Positions 1 through 8,435 of a stretch of 26,237 bases of DNA are shown here, piece by piece. Under the pieces are notes generated by a model. That model was given only the letters and a program-made list of their open reading frames with translations, did not search any database and was not told where the DNA came from. Location: positions 62,001 through 88,237 of IMG/VR virus record IMGVR_UViG_3300011768_000001; one strand, 5' to 3'. Position 1 is the first letter of the stretch, and the number at the start of each line of letters is the position of its first letter. A program made the position numbers and the translations under genes. This DNA comes from an uncultured virus (IMG/VR IMGVR_UViG_3300011768_000001). Its lineage: Duplodnaviria; Heunggongvirae; Uroviricota; Caudoviricetes.

Positions 1-2
1 AT

Positions 3-218
3 GAAATCTGAAGCCTTCTTAAAATCGAACGGAGCTTGTACATCAGAAACTTTGAATGTAAAAGGTTGGGAGCTTACGTTATTATGATCAGGGGTCTCTT
101 TATCAAAGACAAGCTTCAAATGATCCTTGATCACCAACCACTGCTTTTCTGAAATTACATCAGAATCTTGCAGTTCAACAAAACCTTGCAGCCAATAACA
201 GAAATCTTTCTCATTCAT
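3..218 (-). CDS. hypothetical phage protein, 3' end outside the window (MNEKDFCYWLQGFVEL...)
   Basis: Hand translation; ATG at 218 lies downstream of the promoter at 243-271; frame is open to the window edge. Confidence 0.75.
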   Translation of the reverse strand, partial: MNEKDFCYWLQGFVELQDSDVISEKQWLVIKDHLKLVFDKETPDHNNVSSQPFTFKVSDVQAPFDFKKASDF

Positions 219-242
219 AATACTTTCCCTTATTCATATAAT

Positions 243-271
243 AGTTTATAGATTAATATTCATATTGTCAA
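243..271 (-). promoter_or_regulatory. sigma70-type promoter
   Basis: TTGACA-17bp-TAAACT on the minus strand. Confidence 0.75.
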
Positions 272-275
272 GCAT

Positions 276-455
276 TTATTCATACTCAGGCCAAATATCT
301 TTATATTGTGTAGGATGAAGGCTAATCTTTTCCATCGCATATTCAAAGCGAAAGCTTTTACCACCCTCTTCAAGAATAACAACGTCTGGAAATTCTTGAT
401 CTTCTATGATTTCTTGCAACTGGCTCCCAAACAGAGAGCTTTGATTCTCTTCCAT
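276..455 (-). CDS. hypothetical protein, 59 aa (MEENQSSLFG...)
   Basis: Hand translation; GAGG RBS; lies between two promoters. Confidence 0.7.
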   Translation of the reverse strand: MEENQSSLFGSQLQEIIEDQEFPDVVILEEGGKSFRFEYAMEKISLHPTQYKDIWPEYE

Positions 456-485
456 TTAAAGAGCCTCTTGGTGTATTGAAAATAG

Positions 486-514
486 AGAATAACAAATAGT
501 TTATCAGATGTCAA
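486..514 (-). promoter_or_regulatory. sigma70-type promoter
   Basis: TTGACA-17bp-TATTCT on the minus strand. Confidence 0.7.
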
Positions 515-527
515 TAGTTAATAGAAT

Positions 528-647
528 TTAATTATGTTTCTTCAAAGAATATTCCTCAATTGGTGTTAGTGGCTGAACAGGTCGTAAGATTAAACCTACG
601 GTTAGGAATATGCCAAGGATTGCTGTTAGGATGATTAGGGATTTCAT
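528..647 (-). CDS. small membrane protein, 39 aa (MKSLIILTAILG...)
   Basis: Internal ATG of ORF 528-761, immediately after the upstream stop; one hydrophobic helix. Confidence 0.6.
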   Translation of the reverse strand: MKSLIILTAILGIFLTVGLILRPVQPLTPIEEYSLKKHN

Positions 648-648
648 T

Positions 649-1089
649 TTAAATATTCCTATCAAATACATAATACCTGTCAGTTGCCACCAACGGTGTA
701 ACTTGTTTTGCAGAACTGTTATAGTAAGTTCTGAACATATTCTTAGCTCGGGTCTTATCAAACCTTGATTTGAGAAATCGTTTAGAATATTTCCAAGCCA
801 TATATTCTTCTTTCAAAATACAACTAGTATTCTGATCAAACATTAACCTTCGAGTATCATCCGTACCAAGTGTTGCTTGGTGTATCTTTTCCCACCTACG
901 TAAATGACCTATCTCGTGCACAAAACTATCTATAAATTTTGGATAGAAAGGATTTATAATCACTACACTTATACCACGACCAAACCGATATAAACACTCA
1001 GCATTATTTAAGTGATGAAAGGGGTTCCACTTTATATTGTACTTTTTGCATATTGCAATGGCCATTAGCCAATCGTTTATTAATTTCAT
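649..1089 (-). CDS. putative zincin metallopeptidase-like protein (HExxH)
   Basis: FVHEIGH motif plus downstream EEYMAW, as in ImmA/IrrE-like peptidases; ATGA overlap with the upstream gene. Confidence 0.6.
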   Translation of the reverse strand: MKLINDWLMAIAICKKYNIKWNPFHHLNNAECLYRFGRGISVVIINPFYPKFIDSFVHEIGHLRRWEKIHQATLGTDDTRRLMFDQNTSCILKEEYMAWKYSKRFLKSRFDKTRAKNMFRTYYNSSAKQVTPLVATDRYYVFDRNI

Positions 1090-2451
1090 TTCTTATCTAC
1101 CTTACAAAATGTTTTGTCTCCAAGAACAGCTTCCCAAGCTGAATACATAGCTTCCCACAAATCTTTCTCAGCGCTTGCTTTAACAAGGCAGCTATCGTGA
1201 TAAGCTAGAACAGAATGACCTTTAGCCCCCATTGCGCCAACGATACGCATCATGATCTTGCTATCAATACTTTGCAACATGATCCCTGCATCAGAAAAGA
1301 AGCTATCACTAATGAAATCGTTATGTTGCTGTACAGCAATCAATACACTAGAATAATCTGTCTGCCCAACCAAAGCATAAAATTCCTGATCTTCAATTGG
1401 TTTACTTCGATCAAGCTTCACCTTGTTACCAAGTGTCCATGCTGCGCTATTCACGTCATTCGAATTCATACCAATCAAAATAGCCAGTTTGGCTAATTGC
1501 CGCACAGGGTTATGTGTTTTACCTGTCCTCTTTTCCCATTCTCTTTTAAGCTTACCGTCTACTTTCAAAAATGACAAATCAGCATCATAAGGAGAGAAGT
1601 CTTTGCCCATCACATCATATATGCTAAATCCATCTGTGTTGTACATAAGTTGGTAGCAGATGTTGGGGTGAATGCACGAGTAATCAAGCTCAATTACAGG
1701 CTCGCCATCAATCTTAAGGGAAGATGCTCGAATGTTCTGAGGAAGCAACTGAACCCCACCGCCTAGAGTATACAACCGTCCACCACTTTNNNNNNNNNNG
1801 ATCACCACTAAAAATACGACGGTACGCTACATCTGCAATTGGTTTGCCATCAAATGTAATCTCACACCCCGATAGTAATTCATTCATACTTTTAACCTCA
1901 CTTTTGATGCTCTTAAATCCTTTGTGCCCACGACTAGGCAGCAATTCTTTTGTTTCTCTGTTTCGAATAATGGCTAGATCATTATCCTCAAGATCTTTCC
2001 ATAGGTTATAAGAAGTATTAACTCCTTTCCACATTTCTTTAGTTCTGTCTCTAAATATCATGCAGGAGGGTACAATATCATCTGCTACAAGTTTACCCTT
2101 CTCCATCTTATAGGATTTTACATACCCTTTATAGATATCAATATAGCCTTTTGACTCAAGAAAATCAACAAGAGATTTTACTTTCCTGTAACCAATACCT
2201 TGTTTTGATTTAGAATATGACTCAGCCCTTAAACTAAATACAAATCCATTAGCTCTTTTGGTTACGCAACGAGCAGAGTTAGAAACCCACCACCTAACGG
2301 CTTCAACCCATTTATTATTTGTATGCTCAAGCATCTGATCTACAAGCTTCTTGTAATATTTAGATTCATGATAGTAAATATAGCTTCTTACACACTGAAG
2401 GTTGATGGAGTACATTTGTTGTTCTGTCATATCTCTTAACTCGTATATCAA
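1086..2451 (-). CDS. small family-A / T7-RNAP-like polymerase (TV-Pol-like); one gene spanning an assembly gap
   Basis: ORFs 1714-2451 and 1086-1808 join across the Ns (RRIFSGD..SGGRLY). Motifs GGRLY, ELDYS (A), RQLAK (B), LQSIDS and YHDS (C). AGGAG RBS with TTG start. Confidence 0.7.
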
Positions 2452-2613
2452 TCAATTAATACTCCTATTAGTTGTTATGTTATTGGTTATAGATAGGCGT
2501 TAGTAGGTAGGCTGTATTGGGAAACATAAAACCTCTACAAGCCCCGGTTTATAAGGGTTTAGGTCTATTCTACTCGGTACTTTCTCTATTTTGTAGCTGA
2601 TTTACATCCGACA

Positions 2614-2642
2614 AGACTACACCCCAAGTCATACCCTGTCAA
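2614..2642 (-). promoter_or_regulatory. sigma70-type promoter for the polymerase operon
   Basis: TTGACA-17bp-TAGTCT on the minus strand. Confidence 0.7.
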
Positions 2643-2686
2643 CCACATCCATCAAAAATCTTTCTACATTTATTTTCAAACACCCC

Positions 2687-2715
2687 TTGACTCACACCAT
2701 CCTACCCAGTAGACT
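2687..2715 (+). promoter_or_regulatory. sigma70-type promoter, divergent from 2614-2642
   Basis: CCCC-TTGACT-17bp-TAGACT with an AT-rich upstream tract. Confidence 0.75.
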
Positions 2716-2751
2716 TATCCCAACGAAACGAAATACACATAGGAGAGTGAA

Positions 2752-2940
2752 ATGAAATATATTATCGCAATTGCTGTTCTTGCTTTGCTATCTGGCTGTG
2801 GCCCTCAAGGTGCAAAACAAGTTGATGGAAATTCAGATACAGCCTTGATCAGTTACCGAGATGAGGCTAATAAGGTAACATGTTATCGTGTGCTTGCTCG
2901 GGAGGGTTTGTCCTGCCTTCGTGATGGAGAATACAAATGA
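2752..2940 (+). CDS. putative lipoprotein
   Basis: Signal peptide with lipobox LSGC; AGGAGA RBS. Confidence 0.7.
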   Translation: MKYIIAIAVLALLSGCGPQGAKQVDGNSDTALISYRDEANKVTCYRVLAREGLSCLRDGEYK

Positions 2941-3173
2941 CATTCCAAGAATGGTTCAACGATTACATCAAAGATAAACCCTTCGGCAGTGATGTAGGTC
3001 TTGATCACATCTATGAGTCCAAAAAAGAAGTGTGGGACGCTGCAATGGGAAATAAAGTAGTTGACTTCTCAGCCCTAAACGTGCAGCATTCAAGCTATAA
3101 CAACGTAGACTGCTACGCTATTCGTGACGTAGTGGCTATTCTTGCTGAAATGGGATTTGAGGTGAAAGTATGA
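2937..3173 (+). CDS. hypothetical protein
   Basis: ORF with ATGA coupling and GGAG RBS. Confidence 0.75.
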   Translation: MTFQEWFNDYIKDKPFGSDVGLDHIYESKKEVWDAAMGNKVVDFSALNVQHSSYNNVDCYAIRDVVAILAEMGFEVKV

Positions 3174-3559
3174 ACATTGTGAGTATTGGCTTAGTTTTTG
3201 AGAATTGTGAAAGCTGTATTATTCCTATTGAATGTGTATCTTCGTTCTATTTAGGGAACATCTCTGATACAATTAGCTACTACTCCCTGAACTCCTATAT
3301 TAATCGTTCAAAAAGTGTAGGTGAATTATTGATTTCTTTTAGTGAAAGATTTTACATATACGATAATAAAACTACCTGCGATGAGCCCGTTTTAGATAGA
3401 ATTAAGAAGTATAACGATATTTGTAATATCACTGTCTATTTTGAAGATGGTTTTCAGGAGTCTTATAATATTATATGGAGAGAAGGTAGCACTGACTATG
3501 AAAATCTAGGTCAGAGTTTTGATGAAGAAGGCGGTGTACTTTTCTTGGGGATTAAATGA
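3170..3559 (+). CDS. hypothetical protein (FENCE motif)
   Basis: ORF with ATGA coupling and GAGGTG RBS. Confidence 0.75.
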   Translation: MNIVSIGLVFENCESCIIPIECVSSFYLGNISDTISYYSLNSYINRSKSVGELLISFSERFYIYDNKTTCDEPVLDRIKKYNDICNITVYFEDGFQESYNIIWREGSTDYENLGQSFDEEGGVLFLGIK

Positions 3560-3744
3560 TGAGCGGGTTTGCCCACGTAATCCACCTAATACTCACCATA
3601 TGCTTCTTTCCTTGGATTGTTGTTTGGATTATCTATGCATTGTGTGCAGGCAGTTCAAACCGAAAGAAATCTGAACGTAAGAAGGATGAAGAGATTTCTT
3701 TACTCAAAGAGTTGGTTGAAAATTCTAAAAGGAATCAGAAATGA
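3556..3744 (+). CDS. small membrane protein
   Basis: Hydrophobic N-terminus (HLILTICFFPWIVVWII) and basic tail. Confidence 0.7.
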   Translation: MMSGFAHVIHLILTICFFPWIVVWIIYALCAGSSNRKKSERKKDEEISLLKELVENSKRNQK

Positions 3745-3908
3745 AACATCATCTGATAACCCTTGGCTTTGTTATTTTAATAATCACCCTTATTGTGCTA
3801 TTGTTTAAATACACATTGTTCTTCACAATAGGAATATTGATAGCAGCAGCATTGGCCACACTCTACGTATTTATACACGATTGGGTGAAGGAAGCTTGGG
3901 AGAAATAA
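3741..3908 (+). CDS. small two-helix membrane protein, 55 aa (MKHHLITLGF...)
   Basis: Hand translation; ATGA coupling. Confidence 0.65.
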   Translation: MKHHLITLGFVILIITLIVLLFKYTLFFTIGILIAAALATLYVFIHDWVKEAWEK

Positions 3909-4060
3909 TGTTCAACTTAAACGATTTCACTGCTTGGAAGCTTGGTGATGGATCTTTGGAAGGGAAAGATGTATTGTGCTGGAGTAGAAAAGATGGATAT
4001 TATTTCCTGAAAGCACAGTATGCATTTTATGATAATGTTGTGGGAGTGAGAAATGATTAA
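3908..4060 (+). CDS. hypothetical protein, 50 aa (MFNLNDFTAW...)
   Basis: Hand translation; TAATG coupling; GGAG RBS. Confidence 0.6.
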   Translation: MFNLNDFTAWKLGDGSLEGKDVLCWSRKDGYYFLKAQYAFYDNVVGVRND

Positions 4061-4376
4061 ATTAACCTTCACATACAGCACACTATTTTCACAAGACTTA
4101 ATCGATGTGATTAATGTGTTTGACAGCTTCAAAAATGAAGATAATTCTTGTGAGTTTGAGACAGAGTTTGTAAGGTGGGCATATACACCCTATTCTGAGC
4201 ATCGTTACTATAGGAAAATGCTATGTATTGAGCGATTTGAAGGTAAGGTAGGGCTACCGCACAGGCTAATTGAATTTGACTCAAAAGATGCCCTAGAAGA
4301 GATTATAAGCAGTGTTCTGTATGAACAAGAATATGGTCATTTGGATGAATTAGTAAAAGAGAAATTTTATGACTGA
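4053..4376 (+). CDS. hypothetical protein
   Basis: ORF with GGAG RBS. Confidence 0.75.
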   Translation: MIKLTFTYSTLFSQDLIDVINVFDSFKNEDNSCEFETEFVRWAYTPYSEHRYYRKMLCIERFEGKVGLPHRLIEFDSKDALEEIISSVLYEQEYGHLDELVKEKFYD

Positions 4377-4449
4377 GGGGTTGTAATTTCGATTGAAATG
4401 TGGGATAGTGGTTTTGCTGGTTAAATTAATTGGAAAAGGATATTAATAA

Positions 4450-5250
4450 ATGAGTGGAAGAAATCGTGCATTTCTGGCTGTAGTGGATGGGCAGGAAGTA
4501 GAGATTCCTCGTAAGAAAACACGCTCCACTCGTAATGGTGGGGTGAAACCTGAAATTAAAGAAAAGTTTTTAGAAGAACGTAATAATCCACCGCCGGTTG
4601 TTGCTAAAACCGCAAAACAAAAAGAGTACTTTCGACTTCTTGAAGATCCTGAAGTAAAAGCAATCGTGTGCCTCGGGCTCCATGGTACTGGTAAGACCTT
4701 CTGTGCTGCTGTAGTAGCTGCTGACAAGTTCCGCAAAAACGAGATTAAACAGATCATTGTAGCTCGTGCATATGTGCAGACAGGTAAGACTTCAGGATAT
4801 AAACCGGGTAGTTCCTTGATGAAATTATACCCGTATGTGCGTAACGTACTAGACACTATTAAATCTCGTATTGGAGCCGGTGCATACGAAATTGCACTGA
4901 AAGATGGGGAATCAGGTGAAATTCAGGTGCAAGAGGTCGAGTCCATTCGTGGTCGATCATTTGATCTTCCCTCATATTTGATCATTGACGAAAGCCAACA
5001 AACAACAAAAGAAGAAATGCAAAGTATCGTAACCCGAGTTTCTGACAACTGCAAATTGGTACTCTGCGGCGATATTTTGCAAAAAGATATTCAAGGTGAA
5101 TCCGGTCTTGAATGGTTTATGTCGTTTTCCAAACGGCACAATTTAAAGGGTGTTGCGGTTATTGACTTTAACTCACCAGATGAAATTGTTCGGGGTGGCT
5201 TGGTTCGGGATATCGCAATTGGTTTGGCGAAGGACCGGGAGAATGAATGA
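4450..5250 (+). CDS. phoH: PhoH-family ATPase
   Basis: Walker A GLHGTGKT, IRGRSF, IIDESQ and CGDILQKD motifs. Confidence 0.93.
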   Translation: MSGRNRAFLAVVDGQEVEIPRKKTRSTRNGGVKPEIKEKFLEERNNPPPVVAKTAKQKEYFRLLEDPEVKAIVCLGLHGTGKTFCAAVVAADKFRKNEIKQIIVARAYVQTGKTSGYKPGSSLMKLYPYVRNVLDTIKSRIGAGAYEIALKDGESGEIQVQEVESIRGRSFDLPSYLIIDESQQTTKEEMQSIVTRVSDNCKLVLCGDILQKDIQGESGLEWFMSFSKRHNLKGVAVIDFNSPDEIVRGGLVRDIAIGLAKDRENE

Positions 5251-5956
5251 TATAAACGCAGATTTTAAGTGGGAAGGTGCGGTATTTAATAGGCTGACCG
5301 TCATATCAAGATCGGAGGATAAAGTCTTCGCCAATGGAGGGCGAAAGATCCGAGTTGTTGCTGAGTGCAGTTGTGGTGTAATAAAAACTTACTATTTATC
5401 TGCGCTAAAGACAGGCAACACTAAGTCTTGTGGATGTTATAATCTTGAACGAATCAGTAGTCATGGTATGTACGGGACACGCCAGTATCAAATATGGGCT
5501 GATATGAAGAATCGATGTAATGATAAAAGTCACGAAGGTTATGGTGAAAAAGGTGTAACATATCAAGAGAGTTGGGGAGATTTTCAATCTTTTTGGTCAG
5601 ACATGGAAGAAGGTTACTCAGAAGAGTTAACCATTGAGCGAATTGACCCCAGTGGTAATTACACAAAAGAAAATTGTAAATGGGCTACCAAAAAAGAACA
5701 AACGAGGAATAGAGGTAAATATTCTAATAATAAAACTGGGACTACTGGGGTAGTCGCCCTAAAGTCAAAAAACGGAGATATATTTAGCTACAGAGGTACT
5801 GCACAAGGGTTGGATGGTAAGTCCATTAGTAAGCAGTTTTCTATAAACAAATTTGGGAAGGATGGGGCCTATGAGCTTGCTTGTAAATATAGTGAATCTG
5901 TGATGGAAGAATTGAACAAGTTAGGCGCTAATTATTCAGAAACCCATGGGCAGTGA
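5243..5956 (+). CDS. free-standing HNH homing endonuclease with AP2-like C-terminus
   Basis: CSCG..SCGC, WADMKNRC, TIERIDPSGNYTKENCKWAT, NNKTGTTGV; start reassigned to ATG 5243 (GGAG RBS), which overlaps the phoH stop. Confidence 0.88.
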   Translation: MNDINADFKWEGAVFNRLTVISRSEDKVFANGGRKIRVVAECSCGVIKTYYLSALKTGNTKSCGCYNLERISSHGMYGTRQYQIWADMKNRCNDKSHEGYGEKGVTYQESWGDFQSFWSDMEEGYSEELTIERIDPSGNYTKENCKWATKKEQTRNRGKYSNNKTGTTGVVALKSKNGDIFSYRGTAQGLDGKSISKQFSINKFGKDGAYELACKYSESVMEELNKLGANYSETHGQ

Positions 5957-5965
5957 GGAAAAAAT

Positions 5966-6730
5966 ATGAACGAAGAAAATCTAATCCCTATGTTTAAGGA
6001 TCAGTGCGAAGTCAGTCAGTCAACATCTGTCTACAACGCCTATGACATTTATTTGGACGAGGAAATTAAAGATCCAACCTACTACCGGCAAGCATTCCAA
6101 GTGCTGCGTAGCGCCCAGCAAGGGGATTTGGTTCGGATCTACATTTCCTCGGTAGGCGGCAATATGAACTCAGCTGCGATGTTCAAAAACTGCATCCAGC
6201 AATGCCAGGCAGATGTAATTGCAGTTATTGAAGCTGAGGCTTATTCAGCGGCATCATTGATTGCACTTTGCTGTTCGGGGATTGAAGTAAAGCCATATGC
6301 CACTATGATGTGTCATTCGGCGGCGTTCGGATCTGGCGGGATTGTGCAGAATGTTCGTGATCATGTGGAGTTCATCGGCCGGAATGCTGAAGCTTTGATG
6401 GAAGAAATCTATCAGGATTTCCTTACCCCAGAGGAATTTACGGATTTGAAGCGAGGCCGAGAAATTTGGTTGGATCATGTTCAGATTGGCGAGCGTTTGG
6501 ATAAGATGTTTGAGGCACGTAACGCAAAAGGTTGTAATGACCCAAATTGCACAGAATGCGGTGGTGCACAAGATGATTTTGAAGAGGAGGAGTTTGATCT
6601 GGAAGCTTTGATTGAGGCTAAGGTACAAGAAGCCCTTGACGCGTATCAAAAGAAGCTTGATACTGCTGCAAAGAAAGCAGCCACAGCCGCTAAAAAGAAA
6701 CCTGTAAAAGTTATTGAGGAGAAAGAGTGA
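5966..6730 (+). CDS. ClpP-like serine protease
   Basis: YISSVGG, AYSAASLI (catalytic Ser) and MMCH (His). Confidence 0.85.
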   Translation: MNEENLIPMFKDQCEVSQSTSVYNAYDIYLDEEIKDPTYYRQAFQVLRSAQQGDLVRIYISSVGGNMNSAAMFKNCIQQCQADVIAVIEAEAYSAASLIALCCSGIEVKPYATMMCHSAAFGSGGIVQNVRDHVEFIGRNAEALMEEIYQDFLTPEEFTDLKRGREIWLDHVQIGERLDKMFEARNAKGCNDPNCTECGGAQDDFEEEEFDLEALIEAKVQEALDAYQKKLDTAAKKAATAAKKKPVKVIEEKE

Positions 6731-7014
6731 TGATCACAACAAGCTCACTAATCTTTTGGTATCTTTGTATTGGTTGCATCATAGCTGTAAGGGCTTGGTT
6801 TAGGATCAAACCATACCTTCCCGATATAATCAAGAAATGTGAAGAGGATAGACCTAACGATTCTGATCTTACTTCTGAAACCTTGGTTTTGTTGGCAGTA
6901 AGTTTCGGTTCAGTTTTCACTTGGCCGCTATTGGTGTTTAAACTGATCCCATTCTGTCGGCTAATGTTCACAAACAAGTACCCTTTCAAAAAAGGTGTTT
7001 TTGACGTAAAATAA
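6727..7014 (+). CDS. membrane protein
   Basis: Two hydrophobic segments; coupled to the upstream stop. Confidence 0.7.
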   Translation: MMITTSSLIFWYLCIGCIIAVRAWFRIKPYLPDIIKKCEEDRPNDSDLTSETLVLLAVSFGSVFTWPLLVFKLIPFCRLMFTNKYPFKKGVFDVK

Positions 7015-7017
7015 CCC

Positions 7018-7046
7018 TTGACCCAATACGATAGTCCGCTTATGAT
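7018..7046 (+). promoter_or_regulatory. sigma70-type promoter
   Basis: CCC-TTGACC-17bp-TATGAT. Confidence 0.75.
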
Positions 7047-7081
7047 AGGGACTATCAAACACACAGAAGGAGAGAAATAAA

Positions 7082-7264
7082 ATGACCAGGTTTATTCAAC
7101 TGTTCATAATGTGTCTCATTAGTTTTGCAGTGGGGTGCGGTATTATGGATATGATGATACAGTTATGGTTTGGAATAACATTCCTGAGCTTATTTCCATT
7201 TATTTTGTGCCTTAGCTTGGCTGCAATTTGCTTCTGTTTCGAATACTATGTAAAAGGTAAATAA
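7082..7264 (+). CDS. small membrane protein
   Basis: Two hydrophobic helices; AGGAG RBS. Confidence 0.7.
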   Translation: MTRFIQLFIMCLISFAVGCGIMDMMIQLWFGITFLSLFPFILCLSLAAICFCFEYYVKGK

Positions 7265-7267
7265 AGA

Positions 7268-7387
7268 ATGTACAAGGGAGAGCTTGTAGATTTAGAATAT
7301 GAACCAGATAACATCAACGAGCCAAGCTTTGATGTTGAGCGTGATTGGTACTTGGAACTAGATTTGTTGTCAATGGCTTTGGATTGA
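7268..7387 (+). CDS. acidic hypothetical protein, 39 aa (MYKGELVDLEY...)
   Basis: Hand translation; fills the gap between flanking genes. Confidence 0.5.
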   Translation: MYKGELVDLEYEPDNINEPSFDVERDWYLELDLLSMALD

Positions 7388-7400
7388 TTAGGAGAATGGG

Positions 7401-7598
7401 ATGAAAATTATAATTACAGCAGTAGCCTTTATAGTGATTATGGGTTGTTCAAAGGAACCAGAGTATACAAATGGTAAGACTTTGTATGATAAAGATGGTT
7501 GTGCATTTATCGCAATTAAGAATGTAGGAGATACCATCTTTCTTAGATACAATTTTGACTTATCTAAAGGTACTTGTAAATATAAGGAAAATAAATAA
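7401..7598 (+). CDS. putative lipoprotein
   Basis: Signal peptide ending IMGC; AGGAG RBS. Confidence 0.65.
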   Translation: MKIIITAVAFIVIMGCSKEPEYTNGKTLYDKDGCAFIAIKNVGDTIFLRYNFDLSKGTCKYKENK

Positions 7599-7599
7599 A

Positions 7600-7737
7600 A
7601 TGAATTTAGATGATTTTGATGTGAATGAACTTGAAAGTTCTGCTGAAACATGGCTTCTTGGAGATGAGCAAGATTTTGAGAGTACATTTGGTCAAGACTT
7701 GACGGAAGCTGTGAAAGAGGAGTTGGGGTATGAATGA
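7600..7737 (+). CDS. acidic hypothetical protein
   Basis: Internal ATG of ORF 7555-7737. Confidence 0.6.
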   Translation: MNLDDFDVNELESSAETWLLGDEQDFESTFGQDLTEAVKEELGYE

Positions 7738-8020
7738 AGCCAAGAAGAAAGAGATTACAGCAGTTACAGTTTCTTATGAGGAATTCATTAGCTACGATCA
7801 TATTCCAATTGGTAATTTTTACTTTAAGAATGCACTTGGTGAAATAATTTATTTGAAAACTTCAATTAGGGAGTTGGCTCAGGAGTGGATAGATAATTAT
7901 GCTGGAATTAAGGGCAAGTATGTAGCGATCCCATCAAAGGTATTTAAAACCAAGTCCCGCCAAGAAAGTGGTTTGAGTACGGCCACGGGAACGAGTACCA
8001 GACGCGGACAACAGAGATGA
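7730..8020 (+). CDS. hypothetical protein
   Basis: ORF with GAGGAG RBS. Confidence 0.75.
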   Translation: MNEAKKKEITAVTVSYEEFISYDHIPIGNFYFKNALGEIIYLKTSIRELAQEWIDNYAGIKGKYVAIPSKVFKTKSRQESGLSTATGTSTRRGQQR

Positions 8021-8424
8021 AACAGAAGTATGCATTAGCCTTAATGGATATGACCTGTAGGTTCGGAGAAACCTCAGAGGCTAAAAGACTTCAAGTTGGT
8101 GCAATGATTTATAAGAATGACTCTTGTATTTCGATGGGAGTAAACGGCCAACCACCGGGCTGGATTACAGAAGTCTGTGAAGATGAACATGGACAGACAC
8201 TTTCAACGGTACGTCACGCTGAGGCTGCCTGTTTGGAGAAACTGTACCTTAGCACAGAAACATCTGAAGGTGCTGATATGTTCATATCTCACGCACCATG
8301 CTTAAGCTGTAGCCTTAAAATAGTTGCTGCTAAGATCAAGCAAGTATGGTATCGTAATGAATACAGGTCTTTAGAAGGTTTGAAGTATTTACAGTCTAAA
8401 GGTATAAAAGTAATTAAAATTTAA
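8017..8424 (+). CDS. dCMP deaminase
   Basis: RLQVGA, GVNGQPPG, HAE and PCLSC zinc motifs. Confidence 0.9.
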   Translation: MKQKYALALMDMTCRFGETSEAKRLQVGAMIYKNDSCISMGVNGQPPGWITEVCEDEHGQTLSTVRHAEAACLEKLYLSTETSEGADMFISHAPCLSCSLKIVAAKIKQVWYRNEYRSLEGLKYLQSKGIKVIKI

Positions 8425-8435
8425 AGGAGAACAAA

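Noticed and set aside
1790..1799. Apparent frameshift or pseudogene in the polymerase-like gene
   Set aside because: The break coincides with a 10-N assembly gap and motifs are continuous across it; a hidden intron cannot be assessed
2458..2485. Possible second dif site (TTATGTTATTG)
   Set aside because: Only a partial XerD arm and no XerC arm at the 6-bp spacing
4381..4409. Possible promoter TTGTAA-17bp-GATAGT before phoH
   Set aside because: Spacing is right but both boxes are weak; not called
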